Below are positions 25,289 through 40,639 of a DNA stretch of 64,000 nt, piece by piece. The notes beneath the pieces were generated by a model. That model did no database searches, was not told the DNA's origin, and saw only the letters and a program-made list of their open reading frames with translations. This DNA comes from Guillardia theta CCMP2712 (Eukaryota; Protista; Cryptophyta), in assembly GCF_000315625.1 (NCBI RefSeq), contig NW_005434597.1, positions 271,224 through 335,223 on the forward strand. Direction: 5' to 3'. Each line of letters begins with the position of its first letter. Within the stretch, counting starts at the first letter, position 1. Both the position numbers and the translations under genes were made by a program.

Positions 25289-26745
25289 GTGAAGTTTGTT
25301 CGCAGGTCGGACGATCATGGGGTTCATGGGCCGCTGGTGGATGATTTACAGGCGACCAAGTTGGAGAACAACGCGCTCAAGGCACAAGTGATGAAGTTAC
25401 AAGATGAGTTACTGTCATCGGTCAACTTGCACCTGCACCTGTCGAAGCTGCTTCAAAGTTGTCTGAGTGTGTGCGACGAGGTGGCGATGGAGTGCAGGGA
25501 GTTGAGGGGGAACGTCGTCGAGTTTGAGAGCTCTGTGCGACGAGCGCTGGTGGAAATGTCGGGAGAGAGCGAAGCTGACGCGTCAGCCATGCAGACCGGC
25601 TCGCTGGTGAGCCACGTGGAGAGGAGGATGGCCGAGCTCGAGGCGATCATGGTGGTGGAGCTGCAGCAGTGGCAAGAGAAACTAGAGGAGGAGCGGGAGA
25701 CGAACGCTTTTGCGATGAGGAAGGCGAGAGAGAGGACCGAGACCTTGTGGAAGGAAAGGAGGAGGAGGAGCCTCCTCAGGGGATGTCTCTCATGCTGGAA
25801 CGGATTGGCAGGTGTGTCAAGAGCGAAACGAGCGATCGCCGGTAGGTTGAGGAGTCGCGCGAGCACGAGTGTTGTCAAGTCGAGGTTCAGCCGGTGGATG
25901 CTGGTGACCTGGGAGGAGGTGGAGATGAAGAGGAGGCAGGTGTCAGCGCGCAAGAGGAGAGCCTGGAGGGAGTGGAGGGAAGGGACGAGTCATTCTGTGA
26001 GGAAGGGGATGGGCATGGTGAAGCTGCGGGGGTGGAGGGGCAAAACTCTCCTCTCCTCTTCATTCGAGACCTGGCATGACTTGGTCCTCGACATCAGGAG
26101 CATCGGCAGTGTTCTCATGGTTCGCAAGACCCTCCGAGCATGGAGAAACTTCGTTGAACGATGGCGCTGGTTGGAGGAGGTTGTCAAGAGTGGGGGGTCG
26201 TCCTCAACGGCTCCTCCTTCAGCCTCAAGTGGTCGGGTAGATAGAGGCTGCCTCCCTGCCCTCTCTGCTACCTTCCTTGCCTGGAAGACCCACCACAAGA
26301 CCTTCGCGGCTGCTGAGGGCATCCTTGCTCTCGATCCTCTGACTCTCGATGAGCAAGGCTGGCGCTCAAAACTCTCCAGCATCGTCGCCGACCTCGAACT
26401 TCCGACACACCTCCACTCGCTCCTCCTCTTCTTCGTCCTCAAGACTCGCTCGTCCGACAGGTTCCTCCTTTCCCCTCAATTCCCTCTCGCTACCTGCTGA
26501 CTCTCATCAGCTGGAGCTTGTTCCTCGCCTTCGGAGCATGGAGGGTTCAGAGCATGAGAGGGAGAACGGTAACTTGTGTGTTTGCCTGCTTGCCCTGGTT
26601 GACGTGCCGCTAGTCAAACCTGCTGACGCGCATGGAGGAGTTGCAGAGGAAATTGCAAGAGGAGGTCACGTCCAAGATGGCTGTGGAGAAACTCCTCAGT
26701 AACTTTTCCACCGTACAGCAAGCACTTGCTCCTTTCCATTCTTGA
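25289..26745 (+). CDS. Coiled-coil protein with Sfi1-like (F/L)xxW repeats; runs into assembly gap
   Basis: N-terminal heptads, then CLSCW, RFSRW, AWREW, SFETW, TLRAW, TFLAW. Confidence 0.55.
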
Positions 26746-26845
26746 NNNNNNNNNNNNNNNNNNNNNNNNNNNNNNNNNNNNNNNNNNNNNNNNNNNNNNN
26801 NNNNNNNNNNNNNNNNNNNNNNNNNNNNNNNNNNNNNNNNNNNNN
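26746..26845. other. Assembly gap (100 N)
   Basis: Run of N. Confidence 1.
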
Positions 26846-27187
26846 GAGATAGATTGATGGTGAGAAGAGGAGGGAGAGGGGGGACGAGAGGAGCAGTATG
26901 GCAGACGATATGATAAGATCTCGTGACAAACCCAACAAACTCGAGTGAAGATTGTTTTTTCTCACTCTCAGGTCAAACCAGGGTAGATGGCAGTTCACAA
27001 GGGTGATAGTATAGTTGCTGATGGAGTTAGAGTCGGAGTTGGAGTTGATGATGATATAGATGATGACGACAACACAAACACGACGATAATGTCTCAGATT
27101 ATGAGACTTTCTTGTTCCTTCACTCACTCCCTCTCTCCAGGCATGGAAGCACTTCAATCCTTGTGAAAGTTTTGGCCGAGTTTGACC

Positions 27188-30100
27188 ATGGGAGCAATGA
27201 GATCGTTTTCTATTATCGTGAGTATCCTGTTCGTGACATGGCGCCCAATCAGCGTCTCCACTCGTCCTTCAGCGTCCCCTCACAGCTTCCGTGTTGCCAT
27301 CGCAAACCCGCATTCACTGTCTACTACATCAGAGACCCTTCATCCTTCTCATCCTCCTCCTCCATCTCTTATCCCCCCCCGTCCTCCTTCCCGCACAGCC
27401 GGGTCACTGAGACTGAGAGGAGGCGACGCTAGCGACGAGAGCCACCTCTACACCTACAGGGCCCTCGAGGTCCTGGAACGTGCCCAGTCGAAGGCGAAGG
27501 TGTACAAGAACCCGGAGCTGACCCCCGTGCACATCGTTGTGGTGATGCTGGAGGACAAGAAGGGGATCGGGCGGGAGATCCTGGCGAGCGCTACGAACGA
27601 GGAGCGGAAGAACGACGTGCTGGAGCTGGTGACAAAGAGTCTAGAGCGATGGCTCGCCAACCATCGGACTGATCGGGCAGCGGCTGGGGAGGAGCTGAAC
27701 ATCAGCCCGAGGCTGCAGAACCTGCTGTACAAGGCGGTCAACGACATGAAGGGAGAGAAAGTAGACGTTTTCGAGCTGTTCCTCTTGTCAGTCGAGATGG
27801 ACGACGTGGTGAGGTCAGCGCTGGAGGAAGCGGGGGTGAACCCGAACAAGCTGTCGGGGGCGGCGAGGAGGCTCAAGGCTGTCAAGAGCGAGCAGAGCTT
27901 CACTGAGCTAGAGAAGTACTCAAAGGACTTGATCGCCGAGGCCCGTGCAGGGAAGTTGGACCCTGTGATCGGAAGGGAGGACGAGATCCGAAGGCTGGTC
28001 CAGATCCTCTGCAGGCGGACCAAGAACAACCCAGTGCTAGTGGGTGAGCCAGGAGTAGGGAAGACGGCGATCGTGGAGGGGCTGGCGCAGCGGATTCTTG
28101 ACGGGGATGTAGCGAGCACGCTGAGGGAGTGCAAGCTGTTCACGCTCGACTTCGGGTCGCTGGTGGCCAACACGGCGTTCCGAGGGAACTTCGAGCAGAG
28201 GATGCGCGACATCCTGGAGGAGATCGAGAAGTCGGAAGGTAAGGTGATCCTCTTCATCGACGAGCTTCACCTGCTCATCGGCGCGGGGAACGAGAAAGGG
28301 GAGATGGACGCGGCGAACCTGCTGAAGCCAGCGCTTGCTCGGGGCCAGATCCGGTGCATCGGGGCCACCACCTACGACGAGTACAGGAAGTACATCGAGA
28401 GCGACGGGGCGCTGGAGCGGAGGTTTCAGATGATCCACGTGGGAGAGCCGAGCGTGCAGGACGCGATTTCCATCCTGAGGGGGGTCAAGGAGAAGTTCGA
28501 GGCCCACCATGGCGTGCGGATCTCGGACGCGGCGCTGGTGCAGGCGTGTGAGCTGAGCTCGCGGTACATCACCATGCGCTTCCTCCCCGACAAGGCCATT
28601 GACCTGGTGGACGAGGCCTGCTCTTCCATCCGCGTCCAGCTGGACTCGAAGCCGGAGGAGATCGACAGGCTCGAGAGGCGTCGGCTGCAGCTGGACGTAG
28701 AGCTGAGGGTTCTCAGGAAGGACCTCAACGACCCCTCGTCCGCCCTCCGCGCGGCTGAGATCCAGGCGCAGGTCGACAGGATCAACATGGAGCTGGGGCC
28801 TCTGCAGGCAGCGTACAAGGAGGAGAGGTTCAGGAGGAGGAGGCTGCACGACCTACGCCAGCAGATCGAACAGACGAAGCTGAGCATCTCGGAGCTGGAG
28901 CGGCGCTACCTCCTCGACCGAGTCGCCGAGCTCAAGTACGACGTGCTCCCTGCCCTGCAGCAGGAGCTTCAGAACCTGACGGCCTCGAGCGCGGGCTCCC
29001 TCCCGATCTTCTCCGGTGAGGTGGTGGGTCCGGACGAGGTTCGTTCCATCGTGTCTCGCTGGACGGGCATCCCTGTTGCCCGGCTGGGGAAGACGGAGAG
29101 GAGCCGGTTGCTGGAGCTCAAGTCAGAGATCCGAAAGCGAGTGGTCGGGCAGGAGGAAGCGGTTGACGCGGTGAGCACGGCGATCCTCCGGTCGAGGGTT
29201 GGGATCTCTCCTGTGAGACTCCCGTCCTGCTCTGCTCTCTTCCTAGGGCCCACGGGCGTCGGCAAGACTGAATTGAGGTGAGAAGCTCTGCTCCCGCTCT
29301 TTTCTCTCCCAAACTGGGACCCCATCATCATCACTACCACATCCACCTCCCCCTCCTCCTCGTCCTCTTCCACCTTCTCCTCCTTGACCTCCTCCTTCTT
29401 CTTCTCCTTCTCCTCCTTCATGTCCTATTCCTCGCTCTTCTTCTGGTTTATCACATCTTACTGTTTCCCTTCCCCACATCATTCATACCAATCTCTCCTC
29501 CTTTCGCCCCCCCCTCCTCCTCCTCCACCCTTGGTATGTCCTGCCCTCCTCCTTTCCTGCCCTCCTCCCTCCTCCCTCCTCTTTCATACCTCAACCCCGA
29601 CAAATGATGCACGGATTCCTTCCTCCTTCATTATAGCAATCCTTGGTGTCTCCACTCATCTGCACCCCTTCTCGGTCATTGTCCACCATTCCGCCTAACA
29701 GCTGAACGGAGGGGATGGAAGACAGGACTTTCTGGGACCGACCGCATCCCCACAACAGGAAAGTGTCACAGGATCTTCACGCAGTCCTCTNNNNNNNNNN
29801 NNNNNNNNNNNNNNNNNNNNNNNNNNNNNNNNNNNNNNNNNNNNNNNNNNNNNNNNNNNNNNNNNNNNNNNNNNNNNNNNNNNNNNNNNNTGAGACCATC
29901 AGGATTTCCATAAAAACGATAAAACTATGAGACCGACCGCTTTGAAGAAATAGGAATAAACTTCGGTGTGGCAGACAGTTAGAGGTGCCGTTAGTTGAGG
30001 TGGCGGAGGAGGAGGAGGAGAACGGAAAAGAAGTGAAGAGTGGACTTGGGCTTATCAAGGCGCGCAGGTTCTGGACGACGGGAGGCTGACGGACGGCAAG

Positions 30101-31506
30101 GGCAAGGTTGTCGACTTTGCAAACACCATCATCATCATGACCTCCAACATTGGATCTCAACATCTCGCGGAAGAAGGATCGGTACCGCCTGCACCTCTTC
30201 GTTGACCTCGCCTCCCCTCCCTCCTCCTCCACTTCGTGTAGCTCCTCCTCCTCCCCCATCGCCTTCCTTCGCGTCCTCCCCGGGTCCGCAGCCTCCTACT
30301 CACCCTCGTTGTCCCTCTTTCTCCTCCTCTTCCTCCTGATTCTCATTGGTTCCAAGGTGGACGAGAAATGCCGGCAGCTAGTCATGCGAGAGTTGAAGTC
30401 CTTTCTCCGCCCGGAGTTTCTCAACAGAATCGACGACGTCGTGATCTTCAAACGGCTGGGCATCTCACAGCTCCGGTGAGGAGGAGGAGACGAGGGACAG
30501 GAAGGGCAATGGGAAGGAGGATGGGGGACAGAGAGAAGACGAGGGCGAGGACGAGGATGCGGACAGGAAGTGAAGGTAGAGAGAAGGATGAAGGACACTA
30601 GGAACAAAGGGGAAGAAGAGGAGAGAAGGAGACGAGGATGAAGAGAGAGGAGGAGAGGAGGATGAAGAGAGAGGAGGAGAGGAGGATGAAGAGAGAGGAG
30701 GAGAGGAGGATGAAGAGAGAGGAGGAGAGGAGGATGAAGAGAGAGGAGGAGAGGAGGATGAAGAGAGAGGAGGAGAGGAGGATGAAGAGAGAGGAGGAGA
30801 GGAGGATGAAGAGAGAAGAGGAGAGGAGGATGAAGAGAGAGGAGGAGAGGAGGATGAAGAGAGAGGAGGAGGAGAGGAGGAGAGGAGGAGAGGAGGAGAG
30901 GAGGAGAGTGCTGGGAGGGTAGAGGGTCTGACTGGGAGCAGGGAGGTGGCAAGGAAGCTGGTGCGTGAGATGGCTGAGCCGCTAAAGGAGGAGCACAAGC
31001 TCGAGCTCTCCTGCTCAGACGCGGCGCTGGACCTCATCGTCTCCCAGGCCTACGACCCGGCGTATGGCGCACGGCCGATCCGAAGGTGAGGGGAGCGGAG
31101 CGGAGAGGAGAAGGGAGGGGAGGGGAGCAGAAAGGAGGACAGGACAGGACAGGGGAAGCGAGGGAAGGAGAGTGGAGAGAAGGGGAGGGGAGGATAGGCA
31201 AGAGCATGAGGCAGGAAGCGGAGAGGGAGGATGTTGAAGTACATGTGAGGACGGGGGCACGGGACAAGGAAGAATATGGAGGAAGGAGCGAAGGAGACGA
31301 GGGGGCAAGAGGCGGAGGAGGAGGTGACGCAAGCTTGCAGGTATCTCTACAAGATCGTGGGGACGCAGCTCGCGTACCACATGGTGGAGCAGAAGGAGCT
31401 GCATGGATCGACGGTGACGATCGACGAAGAGGGGGGTCAGCTCAAGATTCACTTCGAGAAGCCCGAGGACGAACAGATGTCAGCGGCTGACGACGGGGGA
31501 GCTTAA
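27188..31506 (+). CDS. HSP101: ClpB/Hsp101 AAA+ disaggregase with bipartite N-terminal presequence (spans a gap)
   Basis: LDPVIGR, Walker A GEPGVGKT, Walker [23 protein letters not shown]-domain, second Walker [35 protein letters not shown]. Confidence 0.96.
29791..29890. other. Assembly gap (100 N) inside the Hsp101 gene
   Basis: Run of N; part of NBD2 is missing. Confidence 1.
30634..30875 (+). repeat. 21-bp minisatellite in Hsp101 intron
   Basis: About 11 units of GAGGATGAAGAGAGAGGAGGA. Confidence 0.95.
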
Positions 31507-31617
31507 CTTCATCGCGTTTGTAATCTGAGAATGAATATCGACGAGCAGCAAAAGACAGAACTTGCTCTATCCCGCCTCCTCCTTGGAGGAGGAGAGGGAG
31601 GGGGAGGAGAAGGAGTT

Positions 31618-34518
<2,901 letters not shown>

Positions 34519-35411
34519 TGCACACCCCGAATACCCTACCCCACCCTACATGATGTCCTGGAACACCCCACCCTCCAGTGCACCTACCCTGCCCTACCAT
34601 TGTCTACCCTACCCTACTAGCAAAACCTTTGATAGCCACCCCATCCCCACAAAACCAAAAGTCTGAACCCTAACCCTCCCATTTCTCTTTCAGTACCCTA
34701 CCATAGTCCATGAAGTACCCACCACCCACCATATCAATCTCCATCCACCCACCATTATTCAGCATCAACACCTTTACCCACCCCTACGTACCCCACCCAC
34801 TTCAGCTAATTCCCACTACCCCTTCAAATACAGAATCCACCCTTGCCCACCTCCCAACCCCCCCACTGCTGAGGATTTTGGTGGCCTACTACCCCCTACA
34901 CGTGCCCGCCCATGAACCCCCTTGATTCACCCATTCAACAACTTGGACGCAGGGGTGGGGTACTCCAAGCTCTGGCCGCAGTACAGTCAGTGGCTCTGAG
35001 TAAGTTGACCCGGTCCGACGGCGTCCGACCGGGCCCGGCGGAGGGCCGGCCCGGGGGGCCCGACTGGGCCCGGAACTTGCCGCAGTGCAACGCCGGGCAC
35101 TCAGTGCACCGTGCTGGGTGCCCGCAGCAGGGACAGGCTCCGGGCCGGGCCGGAACCGTGAGCGGCACCGGGCGGTGACTCCCCGGCGGCCCGGCGGCGG
35201 CCCCGGCGGGACCGTACACGGTCCGGACTTGCCAGAACCTTCACAACTTGAAGTGACTCCCGACTCGCAGTTCACATCTTTACTCACTACTATGACACTT
35301 TCAAGGTGGCTATCTCCGTCTCCGCTTCCTCATGAGCAACAACCCTGCGGCATGGCGTAAGTTTCCCCGGCAGCAAACTTTCCGACGCCGGGTGCACAAT
35401 AAGATAAAGAA

Positions 35412-37134
35412 CTAGTGAAATAACCTCGCGAGTTGTCCTCGCGCCCTGACAGCTTTCCGCGAGCCGAGTACGATGAACCCGTCAGGGACGAGGTAGACAG
35501 TCTGCCAGGAGGTGAGAAGCCGCAGGGCAACGATAGGAGCTGACCAGGCCCTTCTGGTTCTTCAGGACGACTGTTGTGAACTTGTCACCTCGGCCGTCCG
35601 CCTCGCTGAAGTCGACCAAGAACGACCACCTGGCGAGTCAAGCTAAGACATGAGGCAGCGTGGGGCGCGAGCGTTCACCCTTGCAAGGACGAGTGAAACT
35701 GCGGGCCTGCTGACCGCTTCGATTTCCTCGAGCCCAGCTCACTCCACTCCACTCCTTCCCCCTTGCCAAAGAGCCGCCAGGTTCTCACCGTCCCAGCCTC
35801 GTCTCTCGACAGCCTCTCGATCACATGGGGGAGGTGCCAGGAGGTCGCGTTGAAAGATCCCTCGTTGTTCACCCTCTGCACGTGGGCCGTGTTGGTGGAG
35901 TCCAGCTCATGATCCCAAGTTTGACAAGTCGTCTGGAAGTGAAACCCCCCCTGGTCAGCCGTGACAACTTCCAGGAACATGCTCCTGTCGGATAGGAATA
36001 AGATCAGCACTCTCTTTCCTAGAGTCGCTCCAGCCTCTCCTGTGCCCAGAGCAGTCATGTGAAGCTACCATTTGCGCATGGCGACTTACCTACGGCCATG
36101 AAGTACCTCCAGTGAAGATCCTTCGGAACAGCCTTCGCTCCTTGCTGCGAGTTGGAAGGACGATGGTGGGCGTTTTGGTGTGCTTCCACTCCCAGAAGTG
36201 GAGGGGAGATGACTTTGCTGCCCTCTCCAGTCCCTTCTCCCACGTATACCTTCCGCGCTAGTCAACCATGGGGGACGAAGAGCTTTCAAACTCACCTGAA
36301 CTACATCTTGAGGGCAGTAGATAGTGACCCCGAACCTCCATGGAGCTGAGGATGGGATACCCTCGGTATGAGGGAGCTCGCATGACCCAAGCAGCCTCCA
36401 CTTCCCCTCGAGGTGCTTGTACATACTGACCTCCCTTCTAGGAACGTCCAGTACGAGCTTGACCACGTCCCCTACGTCAAACCCGTGATGCTTGATGAAA
36501 TGCGCATGGATCTGACAGGGCTGCGTCAGCAAGGATGGGAGCAAGAGATGATGTGGCTGACGTTGTGAAGGATGCTCGCACGTTCTCGGGGATCATTGAC
36601 ATGCATGTCGGCAAGGTCCAGGTCCGTCAGGTTGTAGAGCTTCCTGCCATCAATCCCCAGGCGGCGGAATGTCGCGATCAAACTCTTCATCCCCCAGCGG
36701 GCCAGGAGCTCTTCGACATCCTTCTCACTGTATTGGTAGAGTTGGTGTAGCTGCTGCACATTCACGTATTGCGTGTTGGGGTAGAAGGGATATCGTTTCT
36801 CTCTCCCTCTTGATCGGGCCCCCTCCACCCACCGGACATACGCCATGCCCCTGCCCCATCCCACGCCAGCGTTGCGCTCACCAAAGGCTGTGGCGAGCAC
36901 AGACGTACAACCATCCTGCACTGTCCCGACAAAAATCCCTCCCTTGTTGTCCGTCGAACCTCCCATAATCCGGAAGATTGCATGGCCAACAGTTGCATCG
37001 AAGGATTTCCTTGACAAGACACTGCACAGCTGAGCTTGAAACTTGCTTTCCGCCAAGCTTACTTCAACCCAGCCAGAGCCCAGCTCGCGCAGAGAGAGGA
37101 AGGGATGCCTTCGCTTGTTGTCGAGGCTGGCCAT
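35412..37134 (-). CDS. SPRY/B30.2-like plus SAM domain protein (multi-exon)
   Basis: SAM: YSEKDVEELLARWGMKSLIATFRRLGIDGRKLYNLTDLDLADMHVNDPRERASIL; SPRY: IFVG...GVGW and GFDVGDVVKLVLDVPRREVSMY...PWRFGV. Confidence 0.7.
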
Positions 37135-37617
37135 CCATACATATCAGGCTCGAAGCACATCGAGAGCCAAGGTTGAGGAAGAGTAGTGAAGGAGAAGAGA
37201 CGGAGGAACTCTTCTCGATGGTCCAGATATGCACGTCAAGGTCTCATCGCGGTCAGAGCTGCATGTCAACTACCCCTACTGTCGCTCCCCTCCCCCCTCC
37301 CAACCCAAGTGATAGATAACGGCCGTCAACAGGGCCAACTTGCTATCATTGGGCAAAGGGCCTGGCCGGCCCGCCGGCCGCCGGGAAACCACCGTGGCAC
37401 CGGGCAGCCTGCTAGTTCACTCAAAGTTAAAAGTTTACAAGGGGAGTCACTCAAGGTTAGGCCTGCCAGGCTACTATGGTATTGCTCAAACACTGACTCG
37501 GAGTACGGTAAGGTGCAACTTGAATCAGTAGTACGAGGGATCTCTTTATTCACGTTCAAGTTTACTTCAGTTCAATCACAATGAACGTGCTTCAGTTGGC
37601 TCTACTAACTTACTAAG

Positions 37618-39110
37618 TTAAACCTGAGGCTGAGTGTCAGGCTGGGCCTTCATCTCGAAGGCAGCGGGAGCCTGACCGGCCGAAGGTTTCTTCATCATCA
37701 GAATCACGGCACAGATCACCGCGACGAAGAAGCAAAGGGAAGCGAAGAGAGTGATGGTGATCTGGACCCGTCAAGACTCAGTCGGAGGAGGGGGGCGGAC
37801 AGGGAGCAGGAGGGACATACCTGTGTCTGCAGCTGGATGTTGTCCTTGACCATGTCATAGGTCTTCTCGTACCCCATCATGTCAGGGGTATACTGTAACT
37901 TCCACTGCGATGAAAAAAAGTCAAGAGGCAAGGCATGCAAGGCCTACCAAGGAGCAACAAGTACCTTGCCATTCACACACACGCGCGGCCTTCCGGTCCC
38001 GGTACAAGTCTTGTCTCCATGTTTACAACTGAGAGCCATGATCAGGTGCTGGGATGAAGGTAGAGGACAGTATCACTCGTAACACTCGTTGTCTTCGCAA
38101 TGACCCATCCAGTCAATCACACTGGTGGTGAAGGAGAAACTGCGAACCATCATACGTTCAGAGAAGTGCAATGATCAAGTCGAAACATACCCGCCTTTGG
38201 ACATCGTGCTTTCATACTCCGTTTCTAGTTTGTCAATTTCCGTGCCCGCTGCTTTACACCCTCCAGCATCATCCACAAATTTGCTCTTTACGCCCTGAGA
38301 TCACAACGTCAGGGTATGATGTACATCCTATCAACATTGAATTGTTGCTGAGTGAGTACCGGAAAGCAGAATGTAGCCGTTTTGTAACTGTTTCCTGTCA
38401 CATAAGATTCTGTTGCACATTTCTGGCCACTGCATTGATCGAATCATGATATATATCGACACAAGCATTGCGCACGCTTACTCGTAATTTAAGCATTTCA
38501 CGGTCTCGGATTGTTGAAATGCATTGCTTTCAAAGTTGCCGCAGAATCGATTCTTGTTGCTCTCATGAAACCTGAACTGTGACTCATACGATACTTTGCT
38601 GAAAGCACATGGTAAGTCAGATTGACAGCAGACATCATTCAGTGGAAAGTCTCACTCGTAGACTGAGGTGATGACGTCGTTCCTGATAGTAGTCGATGGC
38701 ACGCAAAAGTCGTAGTCCTTTGACAGCTCTCGCTTCTTGCAGACGCTTCTGATTTTGTAATTCTTCATCACGTCATAGTACGTCGAAATCTTGTTGGAGA
38801 ATTCCTCTTTGTAAGCAGCAGCAGTTGTTTTGATTGCGCTTTCCACCATATATAGAGAGAAATCGTTTGCACAATACTCATTCAAGTCACAGTCACAGTC
38901 TGAGTTGCACTGCACGCACACACCCGAGTACGTGGTTCCCTTGACAGCAGAGCTGGTAGTGGTCATGCCTGAGTCGTTCCAGATGATCTTGCAGTAGGGG
39001 TAGCTCTTATCTGTGCAATCAGCTTGTTTGCTGCATGCGGTGTAGGTATACTCGGCAGAGACGCTGACGAGGAGGAGGGAGAGGAGGAGAGGTATCATTC
39101 CCGCGCGCAT
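37618..39110 (-). CDS. Cys-rich single-pass surface protein, paralog A (diverged)
   Basis: Signal MIPLLLSLLLVSVSA; CSKQADCTDKSYPYC...GVCVQCNSDCDCDLNEYC; C-terminal TM ITITLFASLCFFVAVICAVILMM; clear similarity to 50445-52000. Confidence 0.85.
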
Positions 39111-39891
39111 GGTCGCCGGCGTGCCTCCACAACACGTTCACCAGCCCCGCTCTCCTTTTCCTCGGAAATCCTCCCGGTTGAAAGGGGGTGGGTGGCTGTG
39201 GGTGCTTGTCATGTTGTGTACTGGGGAGGGGAGGGTGGGGCTAGGGAGAAGTGGGGGTGGTAATAGTAGAAAGGAGGGGTGGAGATGTTTAGTTAACTGC
39301 GCTAAAGGGGTCGTAACAATGCCACACCCCTTGACATGGTCCCTTGCCACTCCCGGGGGTCCGTCTGTTGCCCACGGTGCAATACAATAGGACCAGGTCC
39401 AATACCACGCTACACTTTAGGTCCTAGTATCCTATTGTGAGAGCCTCGCGCCATGATTCAAACACTCAAACTGACTTCAACGGTCGTAACAAACCGTTAA
39501 GCATCAACTGTGAACGGCCACCAGTGCCACCTCACTCCCAGTCCGATCCGACAGCACCCCGTTCTGGCACTGCATGAGGGGGGGTGGATGGGGGTAGGGG
39601 TTGGATATGACCAGTCACACTGATGGAGGCAGATACACCTGACAACTTTCAACTTTTAACGTTCACGGTTGTTTTCCCCCTACCCTTGCTTTTACTGGCA
39701 ATCCCCGCCCCATAACGGCCCCGTCCGATCCTAGGACCCACTGCCATTTGTCCTAGTACTGTGCGGTACTAGTGACCATCGGACTGGTCGGGGACCGCTA
39801 TAGTACCGTACCGCGTACCGCGCCGCGTGAGTCAGTACCGTAGCCCGTGCGGGTAGTGGCCAGGCAGTACCGGTGGTCACAGTGCTGTTCT

Positions 39892-39998
39892 TTTACTCAA
39901 AGTGAAGTTAAAAAATCAGTACGTTCTACCGTCGTACTACAACTCGGACTCTCCTGATTGTCAGGCTCGTACTGATTTTTAACTTAACTTTGAGTAAA
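39892..39998. repeat. ~31-bp inverted repeat formed by two copies of the dispersed motif (MITE-like)
   Basis: TTTACTCAAAGTGAAGTTAAAAAATCAGTACG (39892-39923) vs CGTACTGATTTTTAACTTAACTTTGAGTAAA (39968-39998): one mismatch, one indel. Confidence 0.9.
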
Positions 39999-40424
39999 GG
40001 ACTTCCCGGCGACTCTGCTCCGACTGACCTGATTGTCGGACGGCGGTCACGGGCCTCGTACCGTACTGCTCTTTAACTTAACTTTCAATGATTACCGGCG
40101 CCGGACGGCCCGGCTCAGCGCAAGTTGCCAAGTTCGCCGCGCCGAGCCTCGGACTCCCCGGAGTCCGGGCCTCAGTTCACGGTTCATCGGACCGTCCGGG
40201 ATCGGACCGGGAGTTGCCAGTGCCATCCGATCGGAGAGTTACTAGTTAGTAGCTTTTTGAGGGCAGTACTCAAAACGACTCGACAGCTACTAGTATTCAA
40301 TAAATGCCTTTCTTTTTATTGAGATAATGATCTGAGGGGGGCTGGGTTTCGTTAGATGTTGACTGCGCCTGTACGATACAAAAGTTGTTTGTTGGAACAA
40401 ACAAAGGGGACGCGGAGGAGAGCG

Positions 40425-40498
40425 GAGAGCAGAGCAGAGCAGAGCAGAGCAGAGCAGAGCAGAGCAGAGCAGAGCAGAGCAGAGCAGAGCAGAGCAGA
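40425..40498 (+). repeat. (GCAGA)n microsatellite
   Basis: About 14 pentamer units. Confidence 0.95.
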
Positions 40499-40639
40499 AG
40501 CTGAAGAGAAAAGGGGAGAAGACTTCCGGTATGCATGCAGATAGTGGCAAAGGGGGTATGATACGGGAATGCAGAAGTGCAAAGAGGAGGGAGGTTATTG
40601 TGGTTGAAGGAGGACAGTTGTAGTGAAGGGAGCAAGAAG

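Noticed and set aside
27020-27160. Minus-strand LKCFHAWREG peptide resembling the Sfi1-like gene, suggesting an inverted contig
   Set aside because: Hsp101 continues on the plus strand across the next gap, supporting the contig's orientation; match is too short
27454-28887. Long minus-strand ORFs opposite Hsp101
   Set aside because: Typical antisense shadows of a GC3-rich conserved gene
30634-30875. Regular 21-bp array considered as CRISPR-like or as a coding repeat (MKREEER)n
   Set aside because: No spacers; lies in a GT-AG intron of Hsp101; ordinary minisatellite
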